NCBI GenBank assembly: GCA_030448005.1
Contig: JAUJNT010000005.1
Span: 23,710 to 87,709, forward strand
Source of the DNA: Thermoleophilaceae bacterium
Lineage (GTDB): Bacteria; Actinomycetota; Thermoleophilia; Solirubrobacterales; Thermoleophilaceae
Reading direction: 5' to 3'
DNA length: 64,000 nucleotides
Below the pieces are notes generated by a model that did no database searches, had not been told where the DNA came from, and saw only the letters and a list, made by a program, of their open reading frames with translations. The translations under genes and the position numbers were made by a program. Numbering within the stretch: position 1 is the stretch's first letter; each line of letters starts with the position of its first letter. Shown one piece after another: positions 35,479 through 43,713 of the stretch.

Positions 35479-36722
35479 TGGGCACGGGAGAGCTCAAGGT
35501 GCCGCGGGGCACGTTCGACGTGTTGCCGGAGGACGCGCTCAAGCGCCGCGAGCTGCAGCGGCGCACGTGGGCGGTGCTCGGGCGGGGAGGCTACCGCCCG
35601 TTCGAGTCGCCGGCGTTCGAGGACACGGAGCTGTTCGAGCGCGGGGTGGGCGAGTCCACCGACATCGTGCGCAAGGAGATGTTCACCTTCGAGGACCAGG
35701 GTGGCCGGTCGCTCACCCTCCGGCCGGAGGGCACCGCCCCGGTGTGCCGTGCCTACGTGGAGCACGGCATGCACAAGCTCCCGCAGCCGGTGAAGCTCTG
35801 GTACTGGGGGCCCTTCTTCCGCCACGAGCGCGCGCAGGCGGGCCGCTATCGCCAGTTCTCCCAGATCGGCTGTGAGGCGCTCGGCTCCGACGAGCCCTCC
35901 CTCGATGCCGAGTCGGTGTTGCTGTTGGCGGAGCTGCTGGAGGCGGCGGGGGTGCGCGGCGCCACCCTCAAGATCGCGAGCCTCGGCACGCGGGAGGGGC
36001 GCGAGGCCTACCTGGAGGAGCTGCGGGGCTACCTGCATGACCACGAAGCGGATCTCTCCCAGGACGTTCGTGATCGCATCGCAAGCAACCCGCTGCGTGC
36101 GTTCGACGCCGGTCACGAGGGCACCCGCACGGTGATGGCGGGGGCTCCGCGGCTGCTCGACCGCCTCGCCCCGGAGGACGCCGAGCACTTCGCGGAGGTG
36201 CGCGCGTTGCTCGACGACGCGGGCCTCGCCTACGTGGTGGACCCCACGCTGGTGCGTGGCCTCGACTACTACACCCGCACCGTGTTCGAGTTCGAGAGCG
36301 ACAAGCTAGGGGCTCAGAGCGGCGTGGGCGGGGGTGGTCGCTACGACGGGCTCGTGGAGGAGCTCGGCGGCCCTCGGACTCCGGGAGTGGGGTGGGCCGC
36401 CGGCATCGAGCGGATCCTGCTGGCATCGGAGACCAGGTGGCCCGCAGCGCCACGCCCGGTGTTCGTGGCGATCGACGATGGGGGCAACCGGCGAGAGGCC
36501 TTCCGGCTCGTGACCCTCCTTCGAGAGGCGGGAGTACGGTCGGAGATGGAGCAGGCCGGGCGCTCCCTCAAGGGCCAGATGAAGCACGCGAGTCGGGCCG
36601 AGGCGCGGGCGGTGGCCATCGTGGGACAGGAAATGCATTGGCGGGACATGGACACGGGCGAGCAGCGACCGGTCACGGGGATCCAGGAGGCCGTGCGGAT
36701 CGCGGTGGGGCTGGCCACGTGA
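35478..36722 (+). CDS. hisS: Histidine--tRNA ligase
   Basis: GTG 35478 shares 1 nt with the preceding TAG. PRGTFDVLPED, MFTFEDQGGRSLTLRPEGTAPVCRAY, GGGRYDGL class II motifs. Confidence 0.92.
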   Translation: MGTGELKVPRGTFDVLPEDALKRRELQRRTWAVLGRGGYRPFESPAFEDTELFERGVGESTDIVRKEMFTFEDQGGRSLTLRPEGTAPVCRAYVEHGMHKLPQPVKLWYWGPFFRHERAQAGRYRQFSQIGCEALGSDEPSLDAESVLLLAELLEAAGVRGATLKIASLGTREGREAYLEELRGYLHDHEADLSQDVRDRIASNPLRAFDAGHEGTRTVMAGAPRLLDRLAPEDAEHFAEVRALLDDAGLAYVVDPTLVRGLDYYTRTVFEFESDKLGAQSGVGGGGRYDGLVEELGGPRTPGVGWAAGIERILLASETRWPAAPRPVFVAIDDGGNRREAFRLVTLLREAGVRSEMEQAGRSLKGQMKHASRAEARAVAIVGQEMHWRDMDTGEQRPVTGIQEAVRIAVGLAT

Positions 36723-38482
36723 GCGTCCCGCCGCGCGAGAACCGGTACCGAACCGCATGGGCCGGTCTCCTTCGCAAGGAGCACGCCGGCGGCGAGCAGC
36801 GGGTCGCGGGCTGGGTGCACCGCCGTCGCGACCACGGCGGGCTGATCTTCATCGACCTCCGTGATCGGGAGGGCATCCTGCAGCTGGTCTTCCATCCCGA
36901 TGGGGCGGCGCAGGCCCATGAGGCGGCGCACCGGCTGCGCGCCGAAGACGTGGTGTCCGCCACCGGCACGCTGGTCGAACGCGACCCGGAGGCGGTCAAC
37001 CCGGAGCTGCCCTCCGGCGAGGTCGAGCTGCGCGTGAGCTCCTTCGACCTGCTCGCGGACGCGGAGACCCCGCCCTTCCAGATCGACGAGGACGAGCCCG
37101 TCGGCGAGGAGCTGCGGCTGCGCTTCCGCTACCTCGACCTGCGCAAGCCGCAGATGACCGAGGCCATCAGGCTGCGCCACCGAGTGGTCTCCGCCATCAG
37201 GGGCCACCTGGAGGCGCGGGGGTTCCTCGACATCGAGACGCCCATCCTCACCCGCTCGACACCCGAGGGGGCGCGGGACTACCTCGTGCCGAGCAGGACA
37301 CAGCCGGGATCCTGCTACGCCCTGCCCCAGTCCCCGCAGCTCTTCAAGCAGCTCCTGATGATGAGTGGCTTCGAGCGCTACTACCAGATCGCACGTTGCT
37401 TCCGGGACGAGGACCTGCGCGCCGACCGCCAGCCCGAGTTCACCCAGCTCGACATGGAGCTCTCCTTCGTGGAGGAGGAGGACGTGATCCACACCTGCGA
37501 TCGCCTGATGCGCGATGTGCTCGGCGTAGGTGGCTTCGACGTGCCGGAGGAGATCGAGCGTCTCACCTACGATGACGCGTTGCTCCGCTATGGCTCGGAC
37601 CGGCCCGACCGTCGCATCCCGATCGAGATAGCAGACCTCGGCGAGGTATTCGGGGCCTCGGAGTTCAAGGTGTTCAGCGGCGCACTCGCGAGCGGGGGCG
37701 TGGTCCGCGGGCTGAGCGCCCCCGGCGAGTTCCCACGCAGCAGGTTCGATGCCCTGACAGAGCGAGCGCAGGGGCTCGGCGCCAAGGGGCTCGTGTGGGG
37801 GGTGGTGGAGTCCGGCACCCCACAGGGGGGCACAGGCGGCTGGCGCTCGCCGGTGGCCAAGTTCCTCTCCGAGGAGGAGATCGCCGGGATGATCACCGCG
37901 ACCGGGGCCGAGGAGGGGGATGCGATCCTCGTGGTGGCCGACGCGGCGGAGACGGCGGCCAAGGTGCTCGGGGAGCTGCGGCTTCAGATCGGGGAGCCCA
38001 CCGGGGGCCACGACCTCGTCTGGATCGTCGAGTTTCCGATGTTCGAGTGGAACGAGGAGGCCCGCCGCTGGGACGCGCTGCACCATCCCTTCACGGCTCC
38101 GAGCGGCGACCTCGACGCCGATCCCGGCACCTGGCGCAGCCGCGCCTACGACCTCGTGATGGACGGCTCGGAGATCGGTGGCGGCTCGATCCGCATCAAC
38201 ACCCCGGAGGTGCAGGGGAAGGTGTTCGAGGCGCTCGGGATGTCACCGGCGCAGGCCGCCGAGCGCTTTGGATTCCTGCTCGACGCGCTGCGGTACGGCG
38301 CGCCTCCACACGGGGGCATCGCGTTCGGCCTCGATCGCATCGTGGCGCTGCTGGGCGAGCGGGACTCGATTCGAGACGTGATCGCCTTTCCGAAGACCGC
38401 GAGCGGTGCCGACCCGCTCACCGGGGCCCCCGCTCCGGTCGACGCGCGCCAGCTGCGCGAGCTCGGGCTACGGCGCAATTGA
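36719..38482 (+). CDS. aspS: Aspartate--tRNA ligase
   Basis: GTGA overlap with hisS. GWVHRRRDHGGLIFIDLRD OB-fold, FRDEDLRADRQPEFTQLD, GGGSIRI, PPHGGIAFGLDR. Confidence 0.92.
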   Translation: MSVPPRENRYRTAWAGLLRKEHAGGEQRVAGWVHRRRDHGGLIFIDLRDREGILQLVFHPDGAAQAHEAAHRLRAEDVVSATGTLVERDPEAVNPELPSGEVELRVSSFDLLADAETPPFQIDEDEPVGEELRLRFRYLDLRKPQMTEAIRLRHRVVSAIRGHLEARGFLDIETPILTRSTPEGARDYLVPSRTQPGSCYALPQSPQLFKQLLMMSGFERYYQIARCFRDEDLRADRQPEFTQLDMELSFVEEEDVIHTCDRLMRDVLGVGGFDVPEEIERLTYDDALLRYGSDRPDRRIPIEIADLGEVFGASEFKVFSGALASGGVVRGLSAPGEFPRSRFDALTERAQGLGAKGLVWGVVESGTPQGGTGGWRSPVAKFLSEEEIAGMITATGAEEGDAILVVADAAETAAKVLGELRLQIGEPTGGHDLVWIVEFPMFEWNEEARRWDALHHPFTAPSGDLDADPGTWRSRAYDLVMDGSEIGGGSIRINTPEVQGKVFEALGMSPAQAAERFGFLLDALRYGAPPHGGIAFGLDRIVALLGERDSIRDVIAFPKTASGADPLTGAPAPVDARQLRELGLRRN

Positions 38483-38494
38483 CCGTGGGGAGCG

Positions 38495-38527
38495 GGCCGG
38501 GGGCTCCCGCCCCCGGAGCCCCCGGCC
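38495..38527 (+). terminator. 13-bp perfect GC hairpin after aspS
   Basis: GGCCGGGGGCTCC-N7-GGAGCCCCCGGCC, 13 nt after the stop. No U tract. Confidence 0.55.
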
Positions 38528-38830
38528 GCTCTTGCCCTACGGCCTCCCGTGGCAGGTCCGCTTGCCCGGGCCCTGGCGAGGGTGACCCACGGCTCTCTAA
38601 AGCCCGCCGCGAACGCTCGGTTGCCTGCTAGCGTTCGCTCCAAGCTCTAGCTTGTACGCCAGCCGGCCCATCACGTTGAGCCAACACCACCGGGATGGGA
38701 GTCCGACTCGAGGCGTGCCAGGCGTTCGCCGCCAGGTCACGCTTCGGAGGACACCCACGCTTGCTACACGCAGGCCCAACTCCCGAGTCGGCAGCGGCAA
38801 GCTGGAGCTGATACTCCGTAAGGTGGTCGC

Positions 38831-40330
38831 ATGACGGCTCGCACCGCGCCACCCGGCGACGTTCTGCTCCGGGACCACCTCGAGAATCCCCGCGGCCTCG
38901 GCGCGCTCGAGCGCTCGCCCCACATCGGGGCAGCGGGCGGCGCCGCATGCGGTGACGTCATCTCGGTCTCCGTGCACGTCGCGGACGGCCACGTGGTAGA
39001 CGCGGGCTTTCGGGCCCACGGCTGCGCCGCCGCCCGCGCCGCGGGTAGTGCAGCCGTGGAGCTGCTGCGCGGTGCCCGGCTGCTCGACGCAGCGCTTATC
39101 ACGGCCAACGCGCTGGACGGCGAGCTGGGCGGCCTGGGCCCCTCGGCTCGCCATGCCTCGGAGCTTGCCGCCGACGCGCTGCACCGTGCGCTCGGTATGG
39201 CGGCGCGCGAGGGTGCGGCACGCCTCTCCCGCGTGGCGCACCGCACGCTCGTGGCCATGAGCGGCGGCGTGGACAGCGCCGCGGCCGCCCAACTTGCCCT
39301 CGACGCGGGCGAGGAGGTGGTGGCGGTCACGCTCGAGCTGTGGTCAGACCCGGCCACCGACGGCGAGCGCAGCTGCTGCTCTCCGCAGGCGGTCATCGGT
39401 GCGCGGCGCCTCGCACACCGGATGGGCATCCCCCACTTCACGATCGACCTGCGCGACGACTTCCGCGCGGAGGTCGTGGGCGAATTCCTCGACGGGTACG
39501 CGGAAGGGCGGACGCCCAACCCCTGCGTGGGCTGCAACGGGTCCGTGCGGTTTGACTCGATGCTGGGGCTGGCCGATCGCCTCGGGGCCCGGCGACTGGC
39601 CACCGGGCACTACGCGCGGATCGCCGATGACGGGCGCGGCCCGCTGATCCGGGCGGCGGTCGACCCTGCCAAGGACCAGAGCTACGTGCTGGCCCGGCTG
39701 CGCGGCCACGATGTCGCGCGACTGCGCTTTCCGCTGGGAGAGCTCGAGAAGCCGCGGGTGCGGGAGCTGGCCCGCGCCGCCGGGCTCGAGGTGGCCGACA
39801 AGCCCGAGAGCCAGGACCTGTGCTTCCTGGCCGGGGGGGATACCCGGTCGTTCATGCGCCGCCACGGCGGCGCCTCGTTGCGCGCGTCGTCCTCTGGTGG
39901 GGAGATCGTGGACCGCGAGGGAGCTGTGCTCGGCCGTCACGGCGGTCACCACACGTTCACGGTCGGCCAGCGCCGCGGGCTGGGCGTGGCGGCCGCCGAG
40001 CCGCTGTATGTCCTGGGAAAGGACGCCCGGCGCAACCGGGTGGTGGTGGGGCCCCGCGCGGCGCTGCTCTCCGACCGGGTCAGGCTCGCCCCGATCGAGC
40101 TGCACCGCCCCGCGAGCGAGGTGCAGGCCGTGCGCCTTCGCTACCACGCGCCTCCGGTGCCCTGCCGGATGGACGCCGGCCTTCCCGCCGGACGGCACGA
40201 GCACGTCGGTCTCCGGCTCGACCGAGAGGTCCCCGCCGCGGCGCCAGGACAGACCGGCTGCCTGCTGGCGGGGGACCTCGTGGTTGGCTGGGGCGCGATC
40301 GCGGATCCGGCAGTCGATGCCGCCGGTTGA
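38831..40330 (+). CDS. mnmA: Fusion: NifU/IscU-like N-terminal domain + tRNA 2-thiouridine(34) synthase MnmA
   Basis: N-terminal ~130 aa with GAACGD and HGCAAARAAGS scaffold motifs. Then PP-loop AMSGGVDSA, CCSP, NPCVGCN and the rest of MnmA. Confidence 0.85.
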   Translation: MTARTAPPGDVLLRDHLENPRGLGALERSPHIGAAGGAACGDVISVSVHVADGHVVDAGFRAHGCAAARAAGSAAVELLRGARLLDAALITANALDGELGGLGPSARHASELAADALHRALGMAAREGAARLSRVAHRTLVAMSGGVDSAAAAQLALDAGEEVVAVTLELWSDPATDGERSCCSPQAVIGARRLAHRMGIPHFTIDLRDDFRAEVVGEFLDGYAEGRTPNPCVGCNGSVRFDSMLGLADRLGARRLATGHYARIADDGRGPLIRAAVDPAKDQSYVLARLRGHDVARLRFPLGELEKPRVRELARAAGLEVADKPESQDLCFLAGGDTRSFMRRHGGASLRASSSGGEIVDREGAVLGRHGGHHTFTVGQRRGLGVAAAEPLYVLGKDARRNRVVVGPRAALLSDRVRLAPIELHRPASEVQAVRLRYHAPPVPCRMDAGLPAGRHEHVGLRLDREVPAAAPGQTGCLLAGDLVVGWGAIADPAVDAAG

Positions 40331-40712
40331 CCGCATCTCATTCGAGGCGCCGCTCGCGGGGGCGTTTCGCCCCATGGTGCGGCTGATCGTGGGCGGGGTC
40401 GCCGAAAGGGCGGACTTCGGCTTCGAGGCCATGGACGACCTGCAGCTCGCGGTCGAGAGGCTGCTCGTGGAGGCGGGCTCGGACGGGCAGGTGGTGCTCT
40501 CCTTCGAGCTGAGGGGCGATGCCATCCGGACGCGCGTGGGCCCGCTCAAGGAGCGCGGCCTCGCGAAGGCGCTGCAGGACCCTGAGGGTCCACCCGGCAC
40601 CCTGTCCCTCGGGCGGATCCTCAGCACGGTTGTCGACTCCTACGGGGTCGAGGAGGTCAGCGGCGGTGACATCGTCGTGCGGCTCGAGAAGGTGGGTGGG
40701 GGAAGCTCGTGA
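40317..40712 (+). CDS. Putative anti-sigma factor (RsbW/SpoIIAB-like small protein)
   Basis: 131 aa. Overlaps mnmA by 14 nt and the sigma gene by GTGA. DDLQLAVERLLVEA helix typical of anti-sigma kinases, but no ATPase motifs seen. Confidence 0.5.
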   Translation: MPPVDRISFEAPLAGAFRPMVRLIVGGVAERADFGFEAMDDLQLAVERLLVEAGSDGQVVLSFELRGDAIRTRVGPLKERGLAKALQDPEGPPGTLSLGRILSTVVDSYGVEEVSGGDIVVRLEKVGGGSS

Positions 40713-41503
40713 GTCCCGCAAAGGGGACCGGAGACACTGGGCATCGTGCCGAGTCCTTCCCGGAGGCGGGGAGACCTGCGCTGCGAGACGAGGATCGCGA
40801 GCTGCTGCGCCGCTACCACGAGGGCGGCGACCCGAGCGCCCGGGAGGCCCTCGTCGAGCGCCACCTTCCGCTCGTGCGCTCGCTGGCCCGTCGCTACGCC
40901 GGTCGCGGCGAGCCGATCGACGACATCGAGCAGGTCGGCGCGATCGGCCTGATCAAGGCCATCGATCGCTTCGAGCTCGAGCGAGAGGTGTCGCTGGCCA
41001 CCTACGCCACGCCGAACGTGGTGGGCGAGATCAAGCGCCACTTCCGCGACAAGGGCTGGGCAATCCGTGTGCCGCGCGCACTCCAGGAGCTCAACGCCAA
41101 GATGTCCTCCACGATCGACCACCTGACATCGAGGCTGGGGCGGTCGCCGAGCATCGCCGAGATCGCGGAGAGCCTCAGCACGACGCCCGAGGAGGTGCTC
41201 GAGGCCATCGAGGTGGGATCGGCCTACACCACGCTCTCGCTCTCCGCCCCGGTCGGCGAGGACGCCGCCGACCCACTCGAGGCGATCGGGGACGAGGACG
41301 CGGGCTTCGAGCGCACCGAGAACCGCGCTGCCCTGGCCCCGGCGCTGGCCCGGCTGCCCCAGCGCGAGCGGGACATCCTGCGGATGCGCTTCGAGGAAGG
41401 GCTGCCCCAGACCCAGATCGCAGAGCGAGTGGGCCTGTCGCAGATGCACGTCTCACGGCTGATTCGCCGGTCGCTGGCCGCGATGCGCGACGATCTCGGC
41501 TGA
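40709..41503 (+). CDS. RNA polymerase sigma factor, SigB/F/G (group 3) family
   Basis: LPLVRSLARRY, DDIEQVGAIGLIKAIDRF, PNVVGEIKRHFRDKGWAIRVPR, TQIAERVGLSQMHVSRL. Confidence 0.88.
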   Translation: MSPAKGTGDTGHRAESFPEAGRPALRDEDRELLRRYHEGGDPSAREALVERHLPLVRSLARRYAGRGEPIDDIEQVGAIGLIKAIDRFELEREVSLATYATPNVVGEIKRHFRDKGWAIRVPRALQELNAKMSSTIDHLTSRLGRSPSIAEIAESLSTTPEEVLEAIEVGSAYTTLSLSAPVGEDAADPLEAIGDEDAGFERTENRAALAPALARLPQRERDILRMRFEEGLPQTQIAERVGLSQMHVSRLIRRSLAAMRDDLG

Positions 41504-41540
41504 GCTCGCTATCGCAGGGTGTGGCGCGTATGGCGCGCTG

Positions 41541-43163
41541 GTGCATATGGTTCGCCGCGGCATGCCGTTGCGCCAAAAATCGATCGCTTTCGCCACAGCG
41601 GCGGTGGCGTCGCTCTGCCTCACCCTCGGTGCGTGCGCCGGAGACGGCGACGGCGGCCCCGGTGGCGACGCCCGCAAGGGCGGCTCGATCACGGTCGGCG
41701 CCACGGTTGAGCCCGATTCGCTCGATCCGGCCGTGGCGAGATCGCCGCAGGCACGTCAGGCGCTCTGGCTCGTCTACACCTCGCCGCTCACGTACAGGCG
41801 CGCGGGGGGCAAAAGCGGCGCGGAGTTGATCCCAGCCCTCGCCGAGGCCCTGCCCGAGATCTCGGAGGACGGCACCACCTACACCTTCCGGATCCGCGAG
41901 GGCCTGCGCTACTCCAACCGCAGGCCGGTGCGAGCGAGTGACTTCGAGCACACCATCAAGCGGGTGCTCAGGCTGAAGGCCGGGAGCTCCTTCTACACGG
42001 GCATCGACGGCGCCGAGGAGTACATGAGGGGCTCCGCGAAGACAGCGGACATCGCCGGGATCGAGGCCGACGACCGCCGACGCGAGGTCACCGTGCGCCT
42101 CACCGAGCGCGACACCACCTTCCTCCACAAGCTCGCGATCGGCTTCGCGGGCATGGTGCCGGTCGGGACCCCCTTCACCGACCTCACGCGAGATCCCCCG
42201 CCGGGGGTTGGCCCGTACGCGATCGGGAGGGTCACGCCGGGGCGGGGCTTCGTAATGACCCAGACCCGCGGCTTCCGCCTCGAGGACGTGCCCGAAGGCA
42301 ACGTGCAGCGGATCACCACGCGCCTGGTGAGGGACGAGGCTGTGCAGACGCGGCGGGTGATCCAGGGACGGCTCGACTACATGCAGGGATCGCCGCCCGT
42401 CGCGCGGCTCGCCGACATCCGCTCGAAGTACAAGGATCGCTACTCCGAGCACGCCACGCTAACCACCTTGTGGTTCTTCCTCAACGAGCGCACGCCGCCG
42501 TTCGACAACCGGAAGGTCCGCAGGGCGGTGAACTTCGCGCTCGACAAGCAGGCTCTGATGCGACTCTCCGCAGGCCGCCTCAAGCCGACCTGCAACTTCC
42601 TTCCCAGGGGGATCCCGGGCTTCAGCCGCATCGACCCATGCCCGTACGGCGACCCTAATCTCAACGGCGACCCCGAGCGAGCGCGGCAGCTGATCGAGGA
42701 CTCGGGGGAGAAGGGCAAGCCGGTCACCGTGGTCACCGACGGCGATCCCGACCACCGCAGGGTGGCCCGGTACTACTCCGGGCTACTCGACAAGATCGGG
42801 CTGAAGGCCAAGGTACGGAGGGTGGGCCGGTTGCGTGGCGCTCGGCGGGGGCGCGCCCAGACCGGCCTTGCCGCCTACGCGCCCGCGTTCCCGCACGCGG
42901 CGCCCTTCATGGAGCGGCTCGACGGCGACGTGCTCGAGCCGAAGGTGGAGGAGAAAATCGAGGAGCTTGCCGGGGAGCCCGATCCCGAGAGCGCGGCTGA
43001 CGGCTACGCGGAGGTCGACCGGACGATCGTGGAGAACGCCTACCTCGCGCCCTACGGCGTCGAGCGGCAGAGCACCTTCCTGTCCGAGCGCATGGACGCC
43101 GAGAACTGTGCCCGCTTCCACCCGGTCTACGGGGCCGACTACTCGAGCTTCTGCCTCAAGTGA
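41541..43163 (+). CDS. ABC transporter substrate-binding lipoprotein (family 5, peptide/nickel type)
   Basis: Lipobox LTLGAC. 540 aa. Has the TYTFRIREGLRYSN pattern of SBP_bac_5. Confidence 0.85.
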   Translation: MHMVRRGMPLRQKSIAFATAAVASLCLTLGACAGDGDGGPGGDARKGGSITVGATVEPDSLDPAVARSPQARQALWLVYTSPLTYRRAGGKSGAELIPALAEALPEISEDGTTYTFRIREGLRYSNRRPVRASDFEHTIKRVLRLKAGSSFYTGIDGAEEYMRGSAKTADIAGIEADDRRREVTVRLTERDTTFLHKLAIGFAGMVPVGTPFTDLTRDPPPGVGPYAIGRVTPGRGFVMTQTRGFRLEDVPEGNVQRITTRLVRDEAVQTRRVIQGRLDYMQGSPPVARLADIRSKYKDRYSEHATLTTLWFFLNERTPPFDNRKVRRAVNFALDKQALMRLSAGRLKPTCNFLPRGIPGFSRIDPCPYGDPNLNGDPERARQLIEDSGEKGKPVTVVTDGDPDHRRVARYYSGLLDKIGLKAKVRRVGRLRGARRGRAQTGLAAYAPAFPHAAPFMERLDGDVLEPKVEEKIEELAGEPDPESAADGYAEVDRTIVENAYLAPYGVERQSTFLSERMDAENCARFHPVYGADYSSFCLK

Positions 43164-43207
43164 GCGGAGCGTCAGGTGTCACGAGCTCGGGCGGGGCGGT
43201 CACGGTT

Positions 43208-43640
43208 GTGCTGTCCTGCCGAGGGGCGTCCTGTCGCCTCGCAGCAGGAGGGCTTGCAGCGGAGGGGACGGTCGGGAGTTGCCGTCCTGCCGAGCGTTCG
43301 TCCAGTCCTCTGCGGACCGGGGCTGGGTAAGGAACGGCCGTTCGGCGAGCCCCGTCCTGCCTCGGGGCGCCGGGTCACCCGAGGGCAGACTTCAGCGGAG
43401 GAGAAACCCTGGTTGAGGTCGCCGTCCTGGCTCAGGTCGCCGGATCACGAGACAGACGACGCGGAGGTGGGAGCGGGGCGCCTGCCCCGCCGTCCTGCTC
43501 TGCGGTCGCAGCACGACCCCTAGCCAGGACCGCGCCGCGATCCGCGCGCTGCTCGTGCCCCGGCCGTCCTGTCTTGTGGTCGCAGCACCACCACCAGGCG
43601 GCACAGCCGACCCCGGATCCGAGCCCGTCCCCGGCCCGCG
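43208..43640 (+). repeat. Degenerate ~70-nt periodic array sharing a CCGTCCTG core (alaS leader)
   Basis: GTCCTG at 43213, 43228, 43284, 43354, 43424, 43492, 43566 (spacings 15, 56, 70, 70, 68, 74). Three units extend to GTCCTG-N6-9-(GG)TCGCAGCA. Confidence 0.55.
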
Positions 43641-43713
43641 CCCTCGCCCGCGACTCCAACCCCACGCTTCCGGCACTGTTGGCCACCGCGGGGCGCCACC
43701 TAGACTGGACCTC

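Noticed and set aside
38528-38830. SRP RNA or another known ncRNA in the 300-nt aspS-mnmA spacer (CCAGGTC...GGAGGA)
   Set aside because: The conserved GGAAGGAAGCAGC helix-8 motif is absent. Nothing I could match to a known family by eye. Left unannotated.
43208-43640. CRISPR-like array in the alaS leader (also the 39-nt repeat at 51773..51879)
   Set aside because: The conserved core is only 8-10 nt in degenerate units. The 39-nt units are contiguous without spacers. There are no cas genes in the window.
43640-43713. T-box riboswitch upstream of alaS (GTTGGCCACCGCGG resembles GGGTGGTACCGCGG)
   Set aside because: Only 7 of 12 core positions match, the UGGN bulge that pairs with the tRNA NCCA end is absent, and no specifier-loop architecture could be drawn.
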